Below the pieces are notes generated by a model that ran no database searches, had not been told where the DNA came from, and was given only the letters and a program-made list of their open reading frames with translations. From the NCBI RefSeq assembly GCF_004010195.1, contig NC_057719.1, forward strand, positions 64,860,819-64,924,818: a stretch of 64,000 bases of DNA. Direction: 5' to 3'. Position 1 is the first letter of the stretch, and every line of letters begins with the position of its first letter. This document shows, piece by piece, positions 1 to 14,395 of this stretch. This DNA is from Chiloscyllium plagiosum. Lineage: Eukaryota. The position numbers and the translations under genes are program-made.

Positions 1-785
1 TGTTTTATTCCTTACAATATGTTTCAAAGTATTATATCAAACATACACTTCCCGTTGATCATACTTCTTATTATCAGACTTCGGCCATCATTATTCACCT
101 AAAGTAAATCAACAGCAATCCAGAAATGAAGAGATAGTGAGAAGTGTGAATGAAAACTGGAAAGGAGAAAATTGCCAGTGGGACATTGCTAAGGCTATAA
201 TAATAGCTAACCTTGAATGATCAGTCCAGATAATTGATCAATAATAACATGCACATTAACCACTCAGATAACTTGAAATACTTCTTTTAAAATTTGTCTG
301 CACTCTGACTGGTGGCTACAACTTCTCCTGTTCAAAATAAACACATAAAATGTCAGTTGTATTTCCTCATGGAGTTGTTTTTGTATTGTTTAGTAATATT
401 ATCACAATGAACAGTGAGCGAGTGTTTCAACACAAAATTATATCATTATTGGCAAAGAAGAGAGTTGTTGGTGGCATGGAATAGAGAATTTATTATACTT
501 TGTCAATCATAATAGTTTTAAAAAGTTTCAACTTCCATGCTCATATTCTGAAGGTCCACATAGACACAAATAAGTTAAAGTGAGATACAGATTAAGCTGT
601 CTTTGTAGAGTTTAATAAAATTGAAAGTTGTACCTGTTTTGTAGGCTGATAATTTGGATAATTCCTAAGATCCTGAATTTGGCATTGTGATAAGTTCTTA
701 CAGAGCCAACAATTGCTGAGCTGGTCTTAATATTCTGCAAATGGTTGGTGAGTCAGCAGACAGGCCTCAAACTTACAAGTGGTAT

Positions 786-814
786 GGAGGAGGAGGAGGA
801 GGAGAGAGAGAGAG
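786..814. repeat. Compound (GGA)n/(GA)n microsatellite
   Basis: ggaggaggaggaggaggagagagagagagg, read directly. Confidence 0.85.
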
Positions 815-1349
815 GCTGCCACATTTTCCACTAGCTTGTAACTTGGAAAAAAACAGTTTCTCATCACAAGAGACTTAACTGGGTTGCCACATAATCCTAT
901 CCTTCTAGGTGACGAGTTTCCTCATATAAAATGGTCATGGATGGTGAATTCCAAGTCCATGGTGTTCAACACTGAATTATGGTTGGATGGATCCTACTCA
1001 CAGACAGGGTTCAATCTCAGAGATGATTATATCTATTGCCCAGGCTTCAATCAGATGAACATACCAAGTGATTGTTGGGATAGCCTGTGAATGGAGTAGG
1101 TGATGATCTAATTTCCACTCCTTCACGATTAATGTCTACTTGGATTTTCCCAGACAGAATGACTTCTTTTTAATAAATTTGAACGGTGTAAGTTACTGTT
1201 CAGCAAGTGTTCAGCCATCTTAGAAACTACTCTTTCAAGTCACTGGAATGTTGCTTCAGTCTTTTCAAACACAATTAGCGGCCTTCAGTCAGCAAATATA
1301 TGGAGTCATGTAGTTCTAAAGCATGGCTTCAAAACATGGCTAGGGTAAG

Positions 1350-1850
1350 GCAACAGGACTGAGTAAGACATAGGTGGCGAGTTTTGGATGACCTTAAGTT
1401 TATGAAATGTGAAGAAAGGGGGATCAGTTAGGGCTGTGTTGGGCTAGTCACATCTTGAAGTAACAAAGGCAAGAATGAGAGTTTTGGTAATTAGTTAGTG
1501 GAGACATAAGGGAAATCAGGTGATGATGCAGTGCTAGACGTGAACAGTCTCCATGATGGCACAAATGTGAAGTCAGAGCTCAACTTCGGTCCAAATGTGG
1601 CATCAAATTTGCTAACAGACTGACTTAACCTCAGACTGTTGCCGGGGTAGGGACAGGATCAGCAGGCTTCTGATCAAAGTTTGATGCAGGTAATGAAAAC
1701 GATGGCTTAAGTCTTCCCAATGTTTAATTTGAGGAAATGCCTGCTCAACCAGTATTGGCTGTTGGATGAGTAGACTTTTTTTCAATTGCAAAGGAATCAA
1801 GACTGATGGTGGTGGTGAGGTAAAGCTGTATATCAGTATACATGTGAAAA
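1350..1850 (-). mobile_element. Old, degenerate L2-like LINE ORF2 fragment
   Basis: Decayed sequence resembling the antisense of the L2 RT C-terminal region; no intact ORF; recognised by eye only. Confidence 0.4.
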
Positions 1851-1854
1851 TTAA

Positions 1855-3415
1855 CATAGAGTTATAGAGATGTACAGCACAGAAACTGACCCTTTGGTCC
1901 CACTCGTCCATGCCGACCAGATATCCTAACCTAACCTAGTCCCATTTACCAGCATTTGACCCATATCCCTCTAAACCCTTCCTATTCATATACTCATCCA
2001 GATGCCTTTTAAATGGTGTAATTGTACCGGCCTCCACCACTTCCTCTGGCAGCTCATTCCATCCGTGTACCAACCTCTGCATGAAAATGTTGCCCCTTAG
2101 GTCTCTTTTATATCTTGCCCCTCTCACCCTGAAGCTATGCCCTCTAGTTCTGGACTCCCCTACCCCAGGGTGTATTTATCCTATCTATGCCCCTCATGAC
2201 TTTATAAACCTCTATAAGGTCACCTCTCAGCCTCCATCGCTCCAGGGAAAACAGCCCCAGCCTATTCAGCCTCTCCCTATAGCTCAAATCCTCCAACCCT
2301 GGCAACATCCTTGTAAATCTTTTCTGAACCCTTTCAAGTTTCACAATGTCCTTCCAAGAGGAAGGAGACCAGAATTGCATGCAATATTCCGAAAGTGGTC
2401 TCACTAATGTCCTATATAGCTGCAACATGACCTCCCAACTCCTATACTCAATGCTCTGACCAATAAAGGAAAGCATACCAAATGCCTTCTTCACTATCCT
2501 ATCTACCTACGACTCTACTTTCAAGGAACTATGAACCTGCACTCCAAGGTCTCTTTGTTCAGCAACACCCCCTAGGATGTTATCATTAAGTGCATAAGTC
2601 CTGCTAAGATTTGCTTTCCCAAAATGCAGCACCTCGCATTTATTGGGATTAAACTTCATCTGCCACTCCTCAGCCAATGGCCCATCTGATCAAGGTCCCA
2701 TTGTAATCTGAGGTAACCTTCGCTGTCCACTACACCTCTAATTTTGGTGTCACCTGCAAACTTACTAAATATACCTCTTATGCTCATATCCAAATCATTT
2801 GTATAAATGACGAAAAGTAGTGGACCCAGCACCAATCGTTGTAGCACACCACTGGTCACCGGCCTCCAGTCTGAAAAACAACCCTCCACCACCACCCTCT
2901 GTCTTCTACCTTCAAGCCAATTCTGTATCCAAATGACTAGTTCTCCCTGCATTCCATGAGATCTAACCTTGCTAACCAGGATCCCATGAGGAACCTTGTC
3001 AGATGCCTTACTGAAGTCCATACACTTCACATCCACCAGTCTGCCCTCATCAAACCTCTCTGTCTCTTGTTCAAGAAACTCAATCAAGTTTGCGAGACAT
3101 GATTTCCCACGCACAAAGCCATGTTGACTATCCCTAATCAGTCCTTGCCTTTCCAAATACATGTACATCCTGTCCCTCAGGATTCCCTCCAACAACTTGC
3201 CCACATCTGATGTCAGGCACACCAGTCTATAGTTCCTTGGCTTTTCCTTACCACCTTTCTTAATTAATGGCATCACGTTAGACAACCTCCAGTCTTTCGG
3301 CACCTCACCTGTGACTAATGATAATACAAATATCTCAGCAAGGGACCCAGCAATCACTTCCCCATCTTCCCACAGAATTCTAAGGTATACCTGATCAGGT
3401 TTTGGGGATTTATGC
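1855..3415 (-). mobile_element. HER1/CR1-clade LINE, 5'-truncated (ORF2 RT domain, 3' UTR and tail)
   Basis: ORFs 2656..3558, 2144..2494 and 1936..2127 carry CR1 RT motifs (NYRLVCLTS, SQHGFVRGKSCL, DFSKASDKVPH, LGPLLFVIY, FAGDTK with the catalytic DD mutated, YRTLVRP, WNELPEEVVEA). A ctat(g/a)act-type tail lies at ~1855-1870. Confidence 0.95.
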
Positions 3416-3419
3416 ACTG

Positions 3420-4460
3420 TTGTGTATGGTTGGTTTTGTCCTGACTGGTGTTGTTGGAGGTGTACCCACTCAAGTAAGTGGGGTATTCTATTACACTCTT
3501 GACTTGTGCCTGATAGATGATAGTCATACTCTTGGGAGTCAGGAGGTAGGTTGATCACAACTGAATTCCAGCCTCTGACCTGCTCTTGCTACCAAAGTAT
3601 TTATATGGTTGCTTATTTCAGTTTCTGACCAAGGTTAACCCTCACAATGTTGATAGTGGGGGATTCAGTGATGTTATTGCCATTGAATGTGAAGGGAAGA
3701 TGATTAATTCTTGTTAAAGATTGTCATTTCTTAGCACTTATGGCATGGATGTTGCTTGGCACCTCTCAGCCAAAGTTCTATGTTGTTCAGCTCTTGCTGC
3801 TTAATATCATCTTTCCAAGAACTCCATATTTGAGATTCTCCAATCAGGTTTTATCCCTACCAGACTATTAAACATGCCTGTTATCAAAGACACAACTTGT
3901 ATCCAAGTCATAAACAGCAGCACTGAGTCAAAGGTAACTTTCCCTCTTTCCCTGTCTGTTGCCATGTCTGATTCATCACACATGTGTCTGAAAGTTGTGC
4001 AATGATTAGCAAACATTCCCATTTCTAACCTTATGGTGGAAGGAAAGTATTTGATATTGCAACTGAAGGTTGTTAGAACTAAGACATTACCCTGAGAAAT
4101 TGCTGTGTTTTCCTGGACTTAGGTGTCTTCCATTGTGCTTGGTGTGATTCTAATCGTTGGAGAGTTCTTCCCAATTGCCATTGACTCCAGTTTTACTTGG
4201 GGTCCTATATACACTATACTTGGTCAAACTTTGGTTCAGTATCAAGGAACAGTGCCTGGAGTTCAGCTATTTTGTCCATGTTTGACCGAGGGTTTGAGGA
4301 GAATGGCATTTCAAAGGCTGCAGGTAGGTCAGTAAGGTCACGGACGGAAAGTTTACCTTTGACTCAGTGCTGCTGTTTGTGATTTGGATGCAAGTGTATC
4401 TTTGATAACAGCTGGTTTGACAGTCTGACAGGGACGGATAGAGTGTTTCAAACATGGAAT
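3420..4460 (-). mobile_element. L2-like LINE fragment (old shark family)
   Basis: Shares sequence with 26090-27700, 48030-48860 and 57540-58160 (e.g. gatgttgatagtgggggattcagtgatg..gccattgaatgt). Confidence 0.7.
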
Positions 4461-7257
4461 TCCTGGAAAGATGAATGGGGTTTCAAGGTAAGTGGAAGAA
4501 AAAAGGGAGTTAGGGTTTGGACAATGGTATGCAAAGATGTTGGGATAAATGGTTATTCTTTGAAGCACAATGAGGACCAATTTAAAGAAGAGGCATCCAC
4601 ATCTGTTGATAGAGACCAATCTGCCATATCAGCATGAGTACCAGGAGGGGAAGTCATGCAGCCAGCAATTTTGTCAAAATTTGATCAAGGCAGTAGGAGA
4701 TGGATCTCACGGGTTGAATGAATTCAATAAAAGGCTTCAGGAGACATCAGAGAAAATCCAGAAAAAGATGTGAGTTACAGTCAAGTTGATGAACAGACAG
4801 AATAAAGTTGATATGCCAAACATCTAAACATGTTTGGGCACAAAGGTAATCAATTGTGCAACAAAATGACTGCATTCACCAATGGGCCTGATCAAAATGT
4901 CCTGCCATAACTTGAAAATCCCCACACCATGTATCAAGCTATTTCCTAAGTTATACCACAATGTATGTGGTATAAATCTTGTTCCTATCACACAGTTTTG
5001 CCTCTGAATTGGCCATCATGTTTCATAGATTTTTTTCTACTTTGAATGAACTAAATCTAATAATCAATCTTTAGCTAACAGTCACCACATGCTCAACACT
5101 ATTAACTATGTTGGTATGATATCGGGGGCCCAAAACTGGGCTTTGAGCTTCAGGAAATATAAATCACAGCTGTAATAGGATTCAATCCACAGCATTTTCT
5201 TCTGAAGTTTACAGTTTCTTCTGGAAGTTCTTGCCCTTTAACACGAGGTAAAGTATTTCATGTGAAATTGAATATGAAAAACATAACTTCCTTCTGACCA
5301 TTCAGAAGGTAAAATTTCATAAACTTCAGAAATTTTATGGTACTAATCTGTGAAAACCAGAGTTTTTCTCCAATGTTGTTATGCAGTACAGTTGCAATTC
5401 TCAACACGTAAATTCTTCACCAACTGCAGGAACCAGGTTTAAATAAAGCTTTCAGGGATTTGTAGGCTTGATGCAAAGCATCTGTGTCTAATCCAAATTT
5501 CACATTCTTGCTGCCAGTTACTGCCTCTGAAAATGTATAGTCTGAAGAACAAAGTGCCTATTTTAAGAAAGTTGTGCAATTGTGCTACTGAATGCCTCTC
5601 CCTCCTGGAGCCCAATCCTTTGAATAATAAATTTGCAGTTTGTAGTATTCAAAAGTTTTAAAACTAAGTCATGACTTAGCAAGACAAAAAGAAATCCGTA
5701 TAAATGTAAGACCTTTTAAATTTGTTATATTTTGATAATTGTTTGTAATAAAATACAAATGTATGCTTTAATACATGTGGAACTTTATAAGAAAATATCG
5801 TTTGAAAGGATGTATTTCAGGTTTCTCCAAGCTCCTTCAATACATGCACAAATTTTGGGGCGGTGGGGTGGGTAGGTTTGGAATATTGATATTGTCCTGA
5901 AATAAAATTGTAAGATTTTGTTTCAGCAATTTCTGATTTTGATACTAAAACCTTAAATCTGATTAAAATTTTCCTTTGCTAAAAAATGAGGCCAATTTGT
6001 ATATTTGAGGAGCTTTGTTCATTGCTTGAGAGTTCTAAGTATAATGTCTCATTCAAAAGTTATTGTAAGTCATTACAATAACTTATCACTTTACTTTCTG
6101 AAGATTATGCTTCAGTACACGGTTTTGTCAATACATGCATTTTTATAAGCTCTCTTTGCTAAATTAAACTTAATGGTTGTGAATATCACAGGGCATTTCA
6201 ATATCAGAAACATATGAAACACATAATCTATAAAAATTCGTTTTCAGGTAAGAAAATTCTGTCGTTGTTCCCATCTTACACTTAGCTAACTAATGAGCGC
6301 AGTATTAGAGATGATTGTATGCGTAACCATTCAGTTGACTCTCTCAAACAGATCTATTTGTTGATTAGCATTGAACATATTCAATGTAGGGTAATGCTCA
6401 GGACAGTCTTGCTGCATTTTTTTTGTCTGAATGTTAAGCCATTCAATCAGTGATTTGAGTTATAAAACTATGAGCTTAGCAACAAAAAGATCAAAAAGGG
6501 AAACATCGTTGTGATGTTATCTGAGTTCTTGCCTAGTAACTCAGAATGCACAATGTATTAAAATGGTAGAGAAAGAAACTTTTTTCTCTTTGGTGCCTTT
6601 CATTCATTATGTTTCCTCAGACTGCAAAATTCTTTGTGCCATAACTGTTTTGTTGACATCTTTCTGCTGACATGCCTAAGTGTTAACTGCAACCTGTGTA
6701 ATCCAGTAGACTGATGAAACAAGAAAGATTAAGTCTGTAACAATACTTCCAAAGATGTACTAAAATCCACAGGATGTACCAAGCAATGCAGATTTATGAA
6801 ATTTTCAGCATTATGACTGCTGAAAGGAGAGGAAGAAAGAGAATATTTCATATAATAAAGGCTTTAGCTTTGGGGTTTATTGAATAAAGGCTGGATTTTA
6901 CATACTGCCCCACTATGTGTTTTTTTGACATGGGAGTATGCACGTAAAATAGGTCTGGTGGCTCACCCATTCCCAAGCTGACCTCACAATACAGTAGGTG
7001 AGCAGATGCTGAAACTGATAGTCTGTCCCTGTATGCAAATAATTAAGGAAAGGATTATTAGGCTTATTCACAGCCTCATTGACACAAATAATATGCTACC
7101 AATGCTTTAATATCGCTGGTATGGGCAGGAATGGACAGGTTGCTTTTTAATGCCCAGGTGAAAAATGGTGGGAGGTCAAGGAGACACATCGTTCGGGGGT
7201 CACATGCACATATCAGGGGCAGTTTCCCCATAAAATGTCACTGAAATGTCAATATAT

Positions 7258-7612
7258 GGAAGCGATGACTTAGTGGTATTGTCGCTGGACTGTTAATGCA
7301 GAGATCTAAAAAATGTCCTTGGGACCCGTGTTAAAATCCCACTATGGCAGATAGTGGGATTTGAATTCAATAAAAATATCTGAAATTGTCTAATGTTGAC
7401 TGTGAATCCATTATTGATTGCTGGAAAAGCCCATCTGGTTCACTAATATTTTTCAGGGGAGGGAAACTGTTGTCCTTACGTGGTCTGGCCTGCATGTGAC
7501 TTCAAACCAACAACAGTGTAGTTGACTCTTGGCTGCTCTCTGGCCAATTAGAGATGGGCAATAAAAGGTGGCCTAGCTAGAGATGCACACATCCCATGAA
7601 TGATTAAAAAAG
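7258..7612 (+). mobile_element. tRNA-derived SINE with an L2-like 3' tail (resembles SacSINE1/DeuSINE-type shark SINEs)
   Basis: A-box-like gacttagtgg and B-box-like gttaaaatcc. Its 3' end (gatgggcaataaa...acatcccatgaatga) matches the 3' end of the L2-like LINE copies in this window. Confidence 0.7.
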
Positions 7613-10029
7613 AAATTCTTCCTTCTGCACCACATGCATTCTAAAACCTAAATCCCTAACCCATCCAAACTGCTCCCGTCACTGGGGCTGCAGGATCCCC
7701 CTTCAACCTAGAACCCCAGGACAGCCAGGGGTTAGTGGGGTAGCCATCGTCTCTTCTTCCTACTGCTTCCTACAAATATGGCAGCACCCACAAACTGTTG
7801 AAGCTGTTGGCTGATCCAATTGGTCAACAGCACCTGGGGGGAGTGTCCCTCCCACTGAAGATCAGAAGTCACATTTTGAACTGCCTGTGTCTGCCTGCAG
7901 CATGTTGTGACTGCAAGACATGTTTCTTTATGGTGTGTCAGCTTCTGGGAGGTGATGCAGCCCAACCCCTCTCCTCCAGCAACCTTCAGCTTGTCTTTTC
8001 TTAATGATTGTATGAGGATTTAAATTATTATTCGGACTGGGATGAGTACAAGTCTTCCCATGTACTGGTAACATGGTGGAAATATTTAGAAAGGAAGAGA
8101 AAAATTGGCAATTCTAAATTGTCTTTTTGTATAAAGAAAAGCATGTTTCGTGCTTTAAATTCCATGCAGCTCATAAGCTTTGTGCAGATTGTCGTTATTC
8201 CTGAGCCTGTACAATAGTCATGACAAATACTTGCATATTTTGGCAATAGAATCGGCACACAACGTTATTCAGACTTCACAGCTCCATTTGAAAACTTCAA
8301 AAATAAAATCTGGGCCAGAGATCAGTTACATCTACGCTTTGCAGAATTTGCACCAATACCCAAAATTTATGAAAAAAAAATAGGAAAAATAAATATGCCA
8401 GATAACCAAAAGAAAGTAGAACTTGCTGCAAGTCTGTCAATCATAAGAAAGCATTAATTACCTTTGGGAGTAATTAATGTAGTTTTAATCAGTGGTTCAC
8501 GTTTTGGAATTTAAACATGTCATGGAAATTGGTGAGAATTCAGTCAGGTTTCAGTTTGGTCAGGATGAAAAAAGTTGATGCACAGAAATGGATTTAAAGA
8601 AAATGTTCAGTCCTGTGATCACAGTATAAATGCACTAATTCTTAAAATACTGAGGTAAGTGGATTCCAAGTCATCTAAAAGTTAAACATTAAATTGTGCC
8701 AGGTTCCCCTGAATAACAAACTATTCCACAGTAAGATATCAAGTTGAATTTCAGCAATGTCTCTTACATTGTTTTCAACTCATCACCTAATTCAGTAAAT
8801 CGTTTCACATAGAAAGAAAGGAAGAAACAGTGGATTGAAATGACCATTCAGATGGTCTAGCTTTTTAGCCAGAAACCCATGAGTTAAATATTTGTTTTAA
8901 TGCCATTATCTCATAGACTAGCTTTAAGTCTGTACAATTTAAGATCAACACAATGTTTCTGAAAAAGAAAGGCCTCTCTTTGGATAAAAGATACAAAGAA
9001 AATTGCACATTAGTAGACTACCATTGGTGGATTTCAATGTAAAACACATAGAAAATTCTACTTAAGTAAGACTATGCCAAGCTACTTCAATCAAGAATCT
9101 AATATAGCACTTATTTCAGCTTGCTGCCTGAGCACCGAAATCTTTCTCAATGTAAATTTAAGGAAGCAATATTTTATTACTATAAGTTTATTTATAGTGT
9201 CTGCTATGGCATAAATTCAGGGACACTGATTTAATTGACTTGATAATTCAATGGCTATTTTTATTACATGGCATCATGGAAATTTTATTAGTGCTGTAGG
9301 ATTGGATTCTGTAATTGTTCATTATTCTGTGAAAGCTTAAATGAGTTGTATCTTGTGTTTATTTCACATATGCACTTAAATATTTCTCCCTCCACATTTA
9401 TAAAGTTGATATATGCACAGTAGGATTGTATGAAAGATGTGTTAGTTGAAAATATGTAATTTGGATTTTTTAGCCATAGGAAAGGAGTGTTTAGCTGTTC
9501 TGGGACTGGGAGTGTAATACAAAGTCGAATTATGGGCATATAGTGGATAGTATTGAGATTTGGTACCAGGATATTGGGCAGGGCGAGTGGTTTAGATTTG
9601 GCATCTGTCAGCAGCAAAGGGAAGTGAAGGGGCTGTGCAGGCAGCACTGTATTAGGCTATGGCAACACCAATAGGCAATGTTTGGGAAAGACATATGCAA
9701 AGAATGAATTCCACATTTTTCCAGTTTTTTCTGTCAATCTCTCCTGCCTTCTATCCTAAAACTAGCACTCATCAGAATGTTCATACTATTCTAACTTTGT
9801 TTTTCTCCCAGCCTTTCTTTATCTCTCTCAGCTTGATACATTTTCTGTGGCAAAAAAAAACAAACAGTTAATTTCACAGTTTAGTTTAATTTTTTTTTGG
9901 CCCCATAAACATATTCCAGCTACCACAAAATTTTGCCTCTCTGCCATTGCCTCACCCACAGCATTTTTTCCTATAATAATTTGATGCAACTCACTTGGCT
10001 TGTTAGACTATTTAGGAGAGCTGTTCAGA

Positions 10030-10920
10030 GTCCATAAGACTTAGGAGCAGCATTAGATCAGTCAGCTCAATTCGTATGCTCTGCCATTCAGTGAGATGAT
10101 AGCTCGTTGGACAATTCAGGTCTCCACTTTCCAGCCTTTTCCCCAAAATCCTTGATTCCCTTATTGATTAAAAATCTGTCTACATGTAAATATATTTAAT
10201 GACCTAGCCTCTACATCCCTCTATGGTTAAATAAAAATCCACAGATTCACTTCCCTCTCAGAGAAGAAATTTCTACTTATCTCTGGACGACCCCTTTGTT
10301 CTGAGACTATGCCCTCCAGCCTTAGACTCTCCTGCAAAGGGAAGGAACCTTTCTGCATGTATCTTGTCAAATCCCCTAAAAAATCTTGTATGTTTCAATA
10401 AAATCACTTACATTCCTCTCAACTCTAATGAATACAGATCCAACGTACTCAACTTCTCCTCCTAAGACAATCCCTTCATACCCAGGAGCAGCATGGTGAA
10501 CCTTCTCTGGACCGTTTCCAACACCTTTTTCCTTAGATACAGTTCACAGTATTCCAACTGTGATATAATGAGTGCATTGTATAGTTTCAGCAACATGTAC
10601 CTATTTCCTTTTGAAATAAAGGCCAACATTCAGTCACACATGCAAGTTATGTCCTCATCAGTTTTGATAATTTGGCATAACTTTCAAATTTAGAAATTGG
10701 ATCCTTGATTCCCTAGTCTAAATCATTAATATAAATAGTAGTCCCAACACACATTTTTGTGGCACAACACTTCAACCAACTTCCAAGCTAGATAGTTACT
10801 CTTTACCCCACTCTCTATTTTTTTTCAGCCAGCTAGTTATCTATTTGTCCGCAACTCTCTGTGTGCAGCCTTCATTCACTCATCTTTTCTGTAGTACCTT
10901 AGCAAAGGCCTTTTGAAAAT
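10030..10920 (-). mobile_element. Old CR1-clade LINE 3' fragment
   Basis: cataagacttaggagcag 3'-end motif followed by decayed antisense ORF2 C-terminus. Confidence 0.75.
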
Positions 10921-13079
10921 TTGTATTGCATATTTTGCGTTCTTGGTGGGTAACCGAATGTGCATTACTATTTATTTGACCTGCCTTGATTTCTTTAAGC
11001 GTGTAAACCAATTTCAGCCTTCATCAAGATTTATTGGACAGACAGCAGTGTTCATCTTTATATGTTCGAAGAATTTCTTAAATGTGTATAACTATCAGAC
11101 CTAGTAATTTGTAAATAATTGTTCACCAAGATCTTTTCCTCTTTATTGTGGAGTGCTTTGAAACATCTTTCTCCACAACATAATTGCAAGTTGTTGCTGT
11201 TGTACTCTCTGTAGTATCCAGATTACATGATGAAAGTGTACACCTAACTCTGCAATGCTGGGAGGAACCAAACCATTGGTAAAATATCTTCTGCAATTAG
11301 GATTCCTAAAGGCCTCTATTATGTGGTATTAAGAAAGGCAAATTCCTGAGCCTTCAAGTTACCAATGCTCCACTGATCTGACCTCAACATCTTGCAACTC
11401 ATTGTTAATTTTTGAGATTATCTTTATCATCCTTGAGGTGTCCTGAAGTATTAAATGTCCTGAAGTATTAAGTGTCATATATTCTCTCTGGAAGAAAGTG
11501 GAGAACAAAGATGTGGCTTTCACTGCCTTCTCCACTTCCAGGTGTAAGACACGCCTATTCCCTTGAGAATAGAAGACTACTCTCAAAACTACATACCAAA
11601 CAAACTACCAAGGGCTATTACTGCTATGTTGTTCCTGCAATCTTACGTTTTGCTTTCCACTGTTTTTGAAAGGGTGATATAGGTCTGGAAGTTGTCTTCC
11701 AACCTTTTCCCATGTCTAGCAACATGTGCCTTTAATAAATCATTCTAAACTTTAATGCGTTTGTGGATTACATTGTTGTAACCAAGAACATTGTTCCCCA
11801 CTGCCTCTTTGCTTCACAAATGAAATAAAATGGGTATTTACTGTTGATTCTGTTTGTGATGTATAAATTACTGCAAAAGATTTTAATTAGGCCAAATGGG
11901 AAGAAGTAAAGGCTTTTTAATTTTGATTGGTAAAGTTGGGTGTATTTTCCAGTATGTTGAAGATTGATTATGTTTCGTGTTTCAGTTTTGGATCAACTAC
12001 AAATACAATCAACATATAATGCTACTGGAGCTATTAGAGTGCTCAGAAACCCATCTTGCTTTGGTCCTTGCCAGATTAACAATTCATTTTGTTGATTATC
12101 CAAGTACCATTACATCTTTATCATTGAATAAGGGGACTATGCAAAGCACAGATGGACTACCAAGGCAATTGTTTTAATATCATTGTACAAATGTTTAAAC
12201 AAAGTGGAAAACAAATGTGATGTAATTGTGTTTAAACTGCAAAATCCTAATTACTAGTACCTCTACTTGAAGGAACATTGTCCCATAAATTACCCAAAGG
12301 CTGCCTTCAAGATTTCCAGCAGAATTGAATTAAACAATCTGAAATATGTTGAATATGAAGTTTGCTGGAAAGTGGCTGAGTGTTCCGGTTTTTAACTGAA
12401 TTCTGACAGACAGACCAATTCAAGATATTACCAAGTAGATTCTTGTATATTCAAGACATTCATTCATAATATCATAAATTAATTTGAAAACCTCATATCA
12501 TTTAGACTAGCAGCTAATCAGACTTAAATTAATTAGATTGATCAAATCTTCCCATTTGTTTGAAAAATTCTCAAGAAATGAAAGATTTTTATGGGGCCAG
12601 AGGGGTATGGTGGTGATTAGTTCTGAAATTAGGGACACAACCTGTTTCGAGGACAGCCCTATGGTGGTGGTCACATTTGTCAGGGTCATGAACAGAAGGA
12701 GGACACATTTTTTAGCACATGCTGCATTGGTTAAGTGAATATAAGAAATAAGTAGAGAATGGTTCCACCTCTCCAGTGTAGACAAGCTTTGAAAATCAGT
12801 AATGGACAGTCTGTAGTAATTATTTCCTGGAGTAATTGAGCATGAGGGTGAGCAAGCTGTTGTTTTAGTTGTCTTTGTAGCAATGATTATATTGGATAAG
12901 TTATTGATACTTAAAGGTGATAGGCACTAGGATCAGATTAGATACTTCCAAGGATATCGAAAGAAGTGGGAGTGGAAAGTGCGGAGGCACTCGCAATTAT
13001 ATTTCAGTTTATCCTGGATTTGAGGGAGGTGCCAGAGGATTGGAGAATTGCAAACACTACATCCTCGTTCAAAAAGCTT

Positions 13080-14395
13080 CTAAAGTTTGGTGTATAATTG
13101 CTGGGCCAATCAATTAAACTTTGCTGATGGTGAAACTTATAGAAACTATTATTCAGGACAAAATTAACAGTTGCTTGGACAAATGTGGATTGATTCAGAA
13201 GAGTCAGCATGCATTTGTTAAGGAAACATCATGCCTAACTAACTTGCTGGAGTTTTTTGAACAAAGAGTAGAGAGGACTGATGAGGTCTTTGTTATGGAC
13301 TTCCAAAGGCATTTGATACGGTGTCATGGAATAAAAGGGAGCAGTAGCAACATGGACAAGAAGTGGCTGAGAGATAGGAAACAGATGGTGAGGGTAAATA
13401 GGTATTGCCACTGGTGGAAGGTTTATAGTGGAGTACCCCAGGGGACGATATTGGTATTTTCCTGATAGTCTAAATAGCCTTTATCTTGGAGTGCTGGGGC
13501 AATTTCAAAGTTTGCGGATGATGCAAATCTTAGAAGAAATGGTACAAGTACAAAGGGAGATTGATATGCTGGTGGAATGGGAAAATAGATGGGTGATGAA
13601 GTTCAATGTGGAGAAGTATGAGATGATATACTTTAGTACAAAGAAAATGGAGAAACTGTATTAAGTAAAGGGTACTGTTCTAAAAAGTGTTCAGGAACAG
13701 ACAGACCTGGATGGAGTATAAATGTGCATTTGTCATTAGGTAGTAATGACAGGTAGAGCTGTTAACACAGCATATTGTATTCTAGGCTTCATAAATAAAG
13801 TCATTGAGTATGAGAGCAAGGAATTTGTGATGAATATATGAAGATACTAGTTCGATCTCAGCTCAACTATTCTGTATGGTTCTGGGAACCACACTTTCAG
13901 AAGAATGTGAATGCATTAGAGAGAATGCATAACAGATTTACAAAAATGGTTCCAGAGATGAGGCACTATGTGGAATGACTGGAGAAATGGGGACTGATCT
14001 CCATGGAGAAGAGAAGACCAAGAGGAGATTTGATAAAAACTTTCAAAATCATGAGAGGTTTGGACAGAATAGATGGGGAGAAACTATTCCCACTTGTAAA
14101 CAAATTGAGAGGCAGAGGATACAGTTTTAAAGTGTTTTGCAAAAGAAGCAAAAGTCAGGTTAGGAAAATGTTTTCACACAGTGAGTAGTTTGGATTTGAA
14201 GTGCACTGCCAAGAAATGTGCTGGAGGCAGGTCAATTGAGACATTAGAGAAGGCTTGGATGGTTATTTAAATAGAAACAATGTACAAGGTTATGAGGAAA
14301 AGGCAGAAGATTGGCACTAAGAAAAAATGCTCAGAGAGCTGGTGCAGGCATAAAGGGCTGAAAGACCTCCTTCTGCACAGTAACAATTCTGTAAC
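13080..14395 (+). mobile_element. Old CR1-clade LINE fragment (RT to 3' end)
   Basis: ORFs 13121..13465 (SQHAFVKETSCLTNLLEFF, SGVPQG), 13428..13664 (MKFNVEKY) and 14003..14188 (RRPRGDLIKTFKIMRGLDR). Confidence 0.9.

Noticed and set aside
2656..3558. 300-aa ORF as a functional reverse-transcriptase gene
   Set aside because: Its N-terminus comes from an adjacent unrelated repeat, the catalytic ADD is mutated to AGD, and downstream frames are broken. It is a dead CR1 fragment
11438..11472. Short tandem duplication (tgtcctgaagtattaa x2); a similar one lies at ~31682-31724
   Set aside because: Ordinary two-copy slippage duplications with no array or spacer structure; not CRISPR-like
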